From assembly GCA_964016885.1 (NCBI GenBank), contig OZ024743.1, forward strand, positions 263,252,001-263,316,000: DNA of 64,000 bases, read 5' to 3'. The notes under the pieces were generated by a model, which searched no databases, was not told the DNA's origin, and was given only the letters and a program-made list of their open reading frames with translations. Shown here in pieces: positions 55,365 to 64,000 of this stretch. The stretch comes from Eledone cirrhosa. Taxonomy: Eukaryota. Both the position numbers and the translations under genes were made by a program. Each line of letters opens with the position of its first letter. Positions within the stretch are counted from its first letter, which is position 1.

Positions 55365-55415
<51 letters not shown>

Positions 55416-55585
55416 TCCTGGATAGATTCCTGGACCGGGCGATGCGTGCGTTATGTCCTTGAACAAAACACTTCATTTCACGTTGCTCCTTCTAGCTGGA
55501 GTTGCGACCTATAAATAGTATTAGCAATTGGAAAGACCAACGGAAACATTGTTTCCCCGGTCTGATTTGACGAAAGTCGATCGAC

Positions 55586-55622
<37 letters not shown>

Positions 55623-55780
55623 TTGGAATAAATGCTCTGAAATAGCGATATATATGTGAATATAGACATAGAATATTCGAAAATATTCTGTATGTTTATA
55701 ATAAACATTTTGAAGACCTAATCGCTATAGAATAGAATACGTCACGTATTACAATTAGATTCTCGATAAAAGCAAGGGAA

Positions 55781-55823
55781 GTAATCTACGCGTTTCATTC
55801 TCGTTAGAAATCATCAGGACTAC
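55781..55823 (-). ncRNA. Type I HHR (repeated at 56091, 56401, 56711 and 57021)
   Basis: gtagtc-CTGATGA-t ttct aacg agaa t-GAAA-cgcg-TA-gattac. Stem III is the palindrome ACGCGT. Confidence 0.88.
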
Positions 55824-57281
55824 ATATCCAGTGCTTTTATCGAGAATGACACAGCTAGAGACTTATAGAATACTTAGCTGTGTACAGGAACTGGTTTGAC
55901 AGAGCGGTTGCCGGTCCGGCAGAAATTAGAAATTGGAATAAATGCTCTGAAATAGCGATATATATGTGAATATAGACATAGAATATTCGAAAATATTCTG
56001 TATGTTTATAATAAACATTTTGAAGACCTAATCGCTATAGAATAGAATACGTCACGTATTACAATTAGATTCTCGATAAAAGCAAGGGAAGTAATCTACG
56101 CGTTTCATTCTCGTTAGAAATCATCAGGACTACATATCCAGTGCTTTTATCGAGAATGACACAGCTAGAGACTTATAGAATACTTAGCTGTGTACAGGAA
56201 CTGGTTTGACAGAGCGGTTGCCGGTCCGGCAGAAATTAGAAATTGGAATAAATGCTCTGAAATAGCGATATATATGTGAATATAGACATAGAATATTCGA
56301 AAATATTCTGTATGTTTATAATAAACATTTTGAAGACCTAATCGCTATAGAATAGAATACGTCACGTATTACAATTAGATTCTCGATAAAAGCAAGGGGA
56401 GTAATCTACGCGTTTCATTCTCGTTAGAAATCATCAGGACTACATATCCAGTGCTTTTATCGAGAATGACACAGCTAGAGACTTATAGAATACTTAGCTG
56501 TGTACAGGAACTGGTTTGACAGAGCGGTTGCCGGTCCGGCAGAAATTAGAAATTGGAATAAATGCTCTGAAATAGCGATATATATGTGAATATAGACATA
56601 GAATATTCGAAAATATTCTGTATGTTTATAATAAACATTTTGAAGACCTAATCGCTATAGAATAGAATACGTCACGTATTACAATTAGATTCTCGATAAA
56701 AGCAAGGGAAGTAATCTACGCGTTTCATTCTCGTTAGAAATCATCAGGACTACATATCCAGTGCTTTTATCGAGAATGACACAGCTAGAGACTTATAGAA
56801 TACTTAGCTGTGTACAGGAACTGGTTTGACAGAGCGGTTGCCGGTCCGGCAGAAATTAGAAATTGGAATAAATGCTCTGAAATAGCGATATATATGTGAA
56901 TATAGACATAGAATATTCGAAAATATTCTGTATGTTTATAATAAACATTTTGAAGACCTAATCGCTATAGAATAGAATACGTCACGTATTACAATTAGAT
57001 TCTCGATAAAAGCAAGGGAAGTAATCTACGCGTTTCATTCTCGTTAGAAATCATCAGGACTACATATCCAGTGCTTTTATCGAGAATGACACAGCTAGAG
57101 ACTTATAGAATATTTCGAATATTCTATGTCTATATTCACATATATATCGCTATTTCAGAGCATTTATTCCAATTTCTAATTTCTGCCGGACCGGCAACCG
57201 CTCTGTCAAACCAGTTCCTGTACACAGCTAAGTATTCTATAAGTCTCTAGCTGTGTCATTCTCGATAAAAGCACTGGATAT

Positions 57282-57324
57282 GTAGTCCTGATGATTTCTA
57301 ACGAGAATGAAACGCGTAGATTAC
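57282..57324 (+). ncRNA. Type I HHR (repeated at 57592 and 57902)
   Basis: Same motif on the plus strand, enclosed by the 16-bp stem attctcgataaaagca/tgcttttatcgagaat. Confidence 0.88.
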
Positions 57325-58092
57325 TTCCCTTGCTTTTATCGAGAATCTAATTGTAATACGTGACGTATTCTATTCTATAGCGATTAGGTCTTCAAAATGT
57401 TTATTATAAACATACAGAATATTTTCGAATATTCTATGTCTATATTCACATATATATCGCTATTTCAGAGCATTTATTCCAATTTCTAATTTCTGCCGGA
57501 CCGGCAACCGCTCTGTCAAACCAGTTCCTGTACACAGCTAAGTATTCTATAAGTCTCTAGCTGTGTCATTCTCGATAAAAGCACTGGATATGTAGTCCTG
57601 ATGATTTCTAACGAGAATGAAACGCGTAGATTACTTCCCTTGCTTTTATCGAGAATCTAATTGTAATACGTGACGTATTCTATTCTATAGCGATTAGGTC
57701 TTCAAAATGTTTATTATAAACATACAGAATATTTTCGAATATTCTATGTCTATATTCACATATATATCGCTATTTCAGAGCATTTATTCCAATTTCTAAT
57801 TTCTGCCGGACCGGCAACCGCTCTGTCAAACCAGTTCCTGTACACAGCTAAGTATTCTATAAGTCTCTAGCTGTGTCATTCTCGATAAAAGCACTGGATA
57901 TGTAGTCCTGATGATTTCTAACGAGAATGAAACGCGTAGATTACTTCCCTTGCTTTTATCGAGAATCTAATTGTAATACGTGACGTATTCTATTCTATAG
58001 CGATTAGGTCTTCAAAATGTTTATTATAAACATACAGAATATTTTCGAATATTCTATGTCTATATTCATATATATATATATATATATATAAT

Positions 58093-58331
58093 AAAAGTAT
58101 GTGTTCCTACATGTAAATAATGCACAGAGGGATACAAGTATAGTCCGCCGTATAGTAAGAACAGTGAATTTTTTGAAGTTTATTTTAAAATATTTTCTTT
58201 ATTTGCTTTCCCTTGATTTTATATGTTCTGGCTTGTTAATTTATTAACTTTCCATTGAACCGAACTGGCATACGGTCGGACTATACTTGCATCCCTATGT
58301 GTATTATTTACATGTAGGAACACATACTTTT
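58093..58331. repeat. Inverted repeat (about 60-bp arms)
   Basis: aaaagtatgtgttcctacatgtaaataat... / ...tattatttacatgtaggaacacatactttt. Confidence 0.75.
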
Positions 58332-58332
58332 A

Positions 58333-58513
58333 GGCAGTATCGGTAGAGGGTCGGACGCCATGCTTTTCAGCACAGTTACGTCCCTTTACGGACTGAGTTC
58401 AAATCGCGCCGAGGTTCACTTTGCCTTTCATCCTTACGGGGTCGATAAAATAAAGTACCAGTAATACACTGGGATAATTGCTGGCCTTGTGCCAAAAGTA
58501 GAAACAATTATTA
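58333..58513 (+). mobile_element. tRNA-SINE
   Basis: Homologous to 50573-50760. Confidence 0.85.
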
Positions 58514-58949
58514 TTCACCCCAATGTTAGAGAACCTTTGGTAATTTGAACGGCTGCTATTTTTAGTAGCGAGATAGTGGCCTGTCCACCTTGCTTTCAGT
58601 CTTTGCACACGGTACTAGACAAAATTGTTTCATCATTCATTTGTTGGGGCAGTTTTGTATGGCGCCAGTTTGTATTTTAAACTCGGGAATCTTATAATTT
58701 CCGAGAGAGTGACGCAACTTCAAGTGAATAGCGGCTTCTAGACTCACTTGATCAATGAAACAATTGTTAATACCTGAAATAAAGCCCCTTGTACAGCCAA
58801 CCATGTTACTCTTCATTCTTTCACTATTATTACTCCACGAATAACCTGCATAGGAATTCCCGCGAACTCGCTGCCTAACATTAAAACTATCCACGACGCA
58901 GAGTACTCACAACCTCTAACTGGATTACCTATAACGATAACTTGTTATC

Positions 58950-59060
<111 letters not shown>

Positions 59061-59071
59061 TATATATATAT

Positions 59072-59184
59072 AAGTTGAAAAAATGAAAACGAAATTTCAT
59101 TTCTCACTCTTAGTATGGCACTTACTTAAATGTAAGTATGTATGTATACGTACATACATATATGTATACAGACGTACAGTAGCA

Positions 59185-59237
<53 letters not shown>

Positions 59238-59643
59238 GCATCAGTTTAGCGGACGCTTATTATAACGCCGCTTTGTTCGTTTGTCAACAAACTGAACAGC
59301 CTGAATTTATGCCATACGGTGTTAAGGCAACCACGTCACCCTTTTGTTCAACACTGACACAGGAACGATGTACTAGTTTCAAGCTTGTTAGCTATCATCA
59401 GCACCGTTTACCCATCTGCCAGATAGTTGAACGTTCGAAAGTATATACTTTCCTTATGAAAATTAACGGCTGAGCAGCCTAATTTGCATATTGAGTGAGT
59501 TAAATCGGTCAGGCATACCGAAAACGATAAATTGAAATAAAATGAAAACGAAATTTCATTTCTCACTCTTAGTATGGCACTTACTTAAATGTAAGTATGC
59601 ATGTATACGTACATACACATATGTATACAGACGTACAGTAGCA

Positions 59644-59737
<94 letters not shown>

Positions 59738-60219
59738 TATGCATACAGGTACACATACATATATGCACGTATCAGTTTAGCGGACGCTTATTATAACGCT
59801 GCTTTGTTCGTTTGTAAACAAGCTGAACAGCCTGAATTTATGCCATACGGTGTTAAGGCAACCACATCACCTTTTTGTTCAACACTGACACAGGAACGAT
59901 GTACTAGTTTCAAGCTTGTTAGCTTGATTTAACTCACTCAATATGCAAATTAGGCTGCTCAGCTCTGTTAATTTTCATAAGGAAAGTATATACTTTCGAA
60001 CGTTCAACTATCTGGCAGATGGGTAAACGGTGCTGATGATAGCTAACAAGCTTGAAACTAGTACATCGTTCTTGTGTCAGTGTTGAACAAAAAGGTGACG
60101 TGGTAGCCTTAACACCGTATGGCATAAATTCAGGCTGTTCAGTTTGTTGACAAACGAACAAAGCGGCGTTATAATAAGCGTCCGCTAAACTGATGCGTGC
60201 ATATATGTATGTGTACCTG

Positions 60220-60259
<40 letters not shown>

Positions 60260-60309
60260 TGCTACTGTACGTCTGTATACATATATGTATGTACGTATAC
60301 ATACATACT

Positions 60310-60314
<5 letters not shown>
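59072..60314. mobile_element. Family A array: about 1.8 tandem units (about 460 bp) plus an inverted unit; HHRs at 59364-59408 (-) and 60026-60070 (+)
   Basis: atgaaaacgaaatttc occurs at 59083 and 59542, with the switch at about 59925. The motif is aacggtg-CTGATGA-t agct aaca agct t-GAAA-ctag-TA-catcgtt. Confidence 0.9.
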
Positions 60315-60376
<62 letters not shown>

Positions 60377-61426
60377 GAAGTATTTCCGTAGAAAAGATAA
60401 AGGAAAAGAGAGTGCTATATGTAGGCTACAGAGCTTTTAATTATGTAATAAACAACATAAGGGTATTTTAAGTCATTAATCATGTTAACTATGTTGTTTA
60501 TTACATATATATATATATATATAGTGTGAAAAGTATATCTGTGATTTGTGAATTTTACGTAGTGGTGGGAATGACACATTTGAATCTATATTGTATTTAA
60601 TCAAATATTACAACATTCATTCTCTGTAATCCACTCAGCTGTTAGAAATGAGTTGTAATTCAAGAGGCCAGCCTTGTCATACATCGTGTTTCGTAGAATC
60701 TTTATGAGAACAACTTTAACGGTGCGTCTATCTGTTGAATGCTACGCCACTTACACGATCACTTCACTTGCAGACACAATTTCGTTGATTGACTCAAGTG
60801 GAGCAATCATCGTCAAAAATGATGGAGGTCCATTCTTTATTAAATGTTGACTGAGACGTGATTAAGCTGAGCCAGTATACAAAACATCTCTTATGTCATT
60901 GTTGAAACCCAATCGAGCATTGGATCACGTCATGGTGAGTTACACTTAGGAACCAAATTCACCTTACAGTGCTATATAATACTGACGTATAGCTGAGAGG
61001 ATATACCATTTAAGGTTGAAATGTCTCGAGTATAGATGAAAAATAGTACAGATCATTGATCACAGATCTCGAAATAAGAAAATGAAAATATCTCGTCCGA
61101 TTCACCTGATGCCTTTCACATACACTACCCACACACGTACGCCCACACATCAAAACACACACAAACTTACACACTTACACACATGCACATATACACAGAG
61201 AGACATGTACACACACAGACATACACACACACTCACTAACATACACACACAAGCGATGAAGGAATCTTAACCGTAATCGTAACCTAAAGCTAACCAACTC
61301 GAACCCTAAACACAAACTGTGTATAAGCAATTAATCGTGGCGATTCTATCAGTCTGTCTGTCCACCTGGCTGCCTCTCAATCTGTCTGTCAGTCTGTCTG
61401 TATGCCTGAATGTATGTGTATCTGTA

Positions 61427-61489
<63 letters not shown>

Positions 61490-62089
61490 ATGTATGTATG
61501 TATGTATGTATGTAAGATGACTCCTTAGCCTTTGTCAAGGCAGAATTCTAGGAGAAGGAAAACTCTGATATAACACCTGCAACTCTGATGGTATCCAATG
61601 ATGTTGAATTGTTCTTCTTTTTGGTAAATATCATCTTGGTTAAGAGAGTGGGACTGGCTTTGTGCAGTGCCTTTGCTCACTATAAAAGCTTCACGGCACA
61701 GGCATTGCTTTATATCTGGAGATCTCTCTGCACTTGTCGTCACATGGTACCATGGGCCCAGCACTATGTGTCAATAATTGTCACAAGTGTAGTGTTTGTA
61801 CCAGAGTTTTCAAGTCGCTGGCTGGACTAAAAAGTCACACTCGTTCAGCGCATCGGTAGGGGTTCTCCTACATGGATATAAAGTAGTGGCCGTACTCGAA
61901 AACGAGTTGGCAGCCACCATGTATGTATGTATATATATGTATGTATGTATATATATATGTATGTATGTATGTATATTATATGTATATATATGTATGTATG
62001 TATGTATGTTTTCTCTTTCTCTTAATTTCGAGTATATTTTTTTGACCGGCCACCTTCCTGGTGGCAAGGTTGTAAAAGAAAAGAAATTG

Positions 62090-64000
62090 TCATCCCTTGA
62101 ATCGCAAGAATGTTTTGCATATTTTGAAGGTGCCAGCTATCGCAGCCATTTGTAGACTATGAATTAGGGAGCTGCGCTTTTTGTCCGCAAATCCAAGTTC
62201 GGTCATACTTTGGTCCAAGCGGGTTGGTATATAACCCGTAGCACCAATAATGATGGGTATGAAGCTAAAGGTGTATCTTGGATACTGGATTTGTAAGCTC
62301 CTCATCAATGGTCCGTAGATGTCCTCCTTCTCCTGTATTTTTCTGACAACGTTTACATCAAGTGGGCAGCTGATCTCCACAACAGAACACGTTTTCAATG
62401 TGTGGTCCCAAACTACAATATCAGGCCGGTTGTGCTTTAATTTGGTGGCAGTTTTTATTTTCAGGTTCCACCAGTATTCCTTAGTGCCATCTGTCTCAAT
62501 ATATTCTTCCTCGTTTGTTGTTAATTTTGTTTTCCGAAGTGCGTTCCAGATAGTTCTAGCTATCCCATCGTGTCTCATGGGGAGGTAGTAGCGAGATGAC
62601 ATTCTTTCGCAGCTGGCAACAATGTGGCTTACATCCTCGATCTTTGTTTTACATAGCCTACATTTATTGTCAGCTGCTGGCCCTCCTCTTTTGTGCAGCA
62701 GATATTTGGTAGGGAGTTTTTGTTCCTGTATTGCATAGAGATATCCCTCAAGGTGTGATGTCATAAACTTGTCGGAACTCCATGCCAGGCTTTTTGAGTG
62801 GTTTATCCCCTCTATGGTCTGTGTTTTACGCCTCAAGTATCCATGCACAACTTTCTCTGTAAATTGGTAAATTTTTTTTTCTTGTTTGAACATTGAATAG
62901 GATCTTCCGATTTCTCTGGGTGAGAGATTTATATCAGGCTTTATTCCATATCTCTCCTCCAGATCAGTCGCTATTCTAATGATATTTCTTTTTTCATGCT
63001 CATAAACCTGAGCAAGATGGTCGCCAACCTTTTTCCTCTGTTGAAGGTGTTGCTTCAGTGTTACTATCCGGGTCTCATATGTTGTTAATATTGATTTTAG
63101 ACCCCGGCCACCTTCCTTGCGTGAGAAGTATAGCCTATCCACATCACCATTGATGTTAAAGTTCCCAGTAACACTGAGAAGTTTTCGAGTTCTAACATCC
63201 ATCTCACTTAGTTCTTGCAATGACCAGTTCAGTAGGCCAAATGTTGGCGTTAGAATTGGCACAGCATAGGTATTGTGGGCAATGTATTTGTTGTATGCTG
63301 ACAGTTCTGATGACCATATTTTTTTTACTCTTCTGAGGTATTCAGTTCTGGTTCTCTCCTTATTTATGGGTCCATCATATCTGACATTCTCATCCTGTCT
63401 AAGATATCTGTAGTTGTCACCTGACTGCAGAGGTTGTATTGTCAGGCCGTTCATATCTAGATTTCTAGAGGAGGGCACAGCTCTTCCACGTTTTACTGCC
63501 AAATATGCACACTTGGACTCACCAAATTTCATTTTGATGTCGGTTGAAAATTGTGTAATGAGGTCCAATTGTTTCTTGATGTCATTGATATTTGGCCCAT
63601 ACAACTTCAGGTCATCAACAAAGAAAAGATGGGAGATACTTCTGGGCCCACTTCTTTGTCCACCTTGTTTCCTGAGTAGGTAAGATAGTGGATTCAGTGA
63701 GAGAACGAAGAGTAGTACTGACAAGCTATCACCCTGAAAGATGCCCTTCTGGTAATGTATTCTATCAGTCTTAACCTGCTCCTTCTCACCTCTAAGGATC
63801 AAATTGGTGTACCAGTTCTTGGTCAGGCGTTCAACAGCAGCTACTAATGGTTGTGGGACTTTAGCTAACTGTAAAGCCTTAATAATCCACCCATGAGGTA
63901 CACTATCAAATGCTTTTTGATAGTCCAGCCACACGACAGTCATGTTTCTGCGATTCTTTGTTGTTTTTTCCTGAACCATTTTGTTAGTTAGTAGGTGATC
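62090..64000 (-). CDS. R4/Dong-like non-LTR retrotransposon ORF (RT, CCHC finger, restriction-like endonuclease), open at the window edge
   Basis: More than 629 aa uninterrupted: LDYQKAFDSV, GIFQGDSLS, HLFFVDD, CRLC..EDVSHIVASC, RHD, RPD..EISCP..K. A short 3' UTR abuts a (CATA)n tract near 62010. Confidence 0.92.
   Translation of the reverse strand, partial: DHLLTNKMVQEKTTKNRRNMTVVWLDYQKAFDSVPHGWIIKALQLAKVPQPLVAAVERLTKNWYTNLILRGEKEQVKTDRIHYQKGIFQGDSLSVLLFVLSLNPLSYLLRKQGGQRSGPRSISHLFFVDDLKLYGPNINDIKKQLDLITQFSTDIKMKFGESKCAYLAVKRGRAVPSSRNLDMNGLTIQPLQSGDNYRYLRQDENVRYDGPINKERTRTEYLRRVKKIWSSELSAYNKYIAHNTYAVPILTPTFGLLNWSLQELSEMDVRTRKLLSVTGNFNINGDVDRLYFSRKEGGRGLKSILTTYETRIVTLKQHLQQRKKVGDHLAQVYEHEKRNIIRIATDLEERYGIKPDINLSPREIGRSYSMFKQEKKIYQFTEKVVHGYLRRKTQTIEGINHSKSLAWSSDKFMTSHLEGYLYAIQEQKLPTKYLLHKRGGPAADNKCRLCKTKIEDVSHIVASCERMSSRYYLPMRHDGIARTIWNALRKTKLTTNEEEYIETDGTKEYWWNLKIKTATKLKHNRPDIVVWDHTLKTCSVVEISCPLDVNVVRKIQEKEDIYGPLMRSLQIQYPRYTFSFIPIIIGATGYIPTRLDQSMTELGFADKKRSSLIHSLQMAAIAGTFKICKTFLRFKG

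Larger units (their letters stand above)
55615..58068. mobile_element. 310-bp HHR-containing tandem array with an internal inversion (retrozyme-like, family J)
   Basis: Units start at 55615, 55925, 56235, 56545 and 56855. Orientation switches at about 57107-57112, followed by about 3.1 inverted units. (TA)n flanks both sides. Confidence 0.95.

Noticed and set aside
55615-58068. CRISPR array or plain satellite
   Set aside because: The units are identical with no unique spacers, there are no cas genes, and the context is eukaryotic. The HHR and the inversion argue against an ordinary satellite.
61265-61312. Interstitial telomeric repeat
   Set aside because: Only a few highly degenerate CCCTAA-like units are present, too weak to call.

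Overview
This is AT-rich eukaryotic DNA, most likely from an octopod cephalopod (inferred from the SINE families and the extreme (TA)n/(CA)n microsatellite load). Almost all long ORFs in the track are microsatellite artefacts. The genuine coding signal is transposon-derived: a non-autonomous Helitron, two large and two small Penelope-like element (PLE) remnants, two Tx1/L1-clade LINEs, two R4/Dong-like RLE-LINEs (one ORF uninterrupted to the window edge), and RTE, CR1-like and mariner fragments. About a dozen tRNA-SINEs and a few candidate host exons are also present. The main discovery is non-coding: about ten unrelated sequence families, most of them sitting in (TA)n tracts, carry a type I hammerhead ribozyme (HHR) motif (stem I-CUGANGA-stem II-GAAA-stem III-NUH-stem I'). 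Most have a palindromic, dimer-type stem III, several have a greatly enlarged stem II, and they occur as tandem and/or fold-back arrays. The clearest case is a near-perfect 310-bp retrozyme-like array (55615-58068) with about 4.8 units in one orientation and about 3.1 inverted, holding 8 intact HHRs. All ribozyme folds were read by eye; none has been tested computationally or experimentally.
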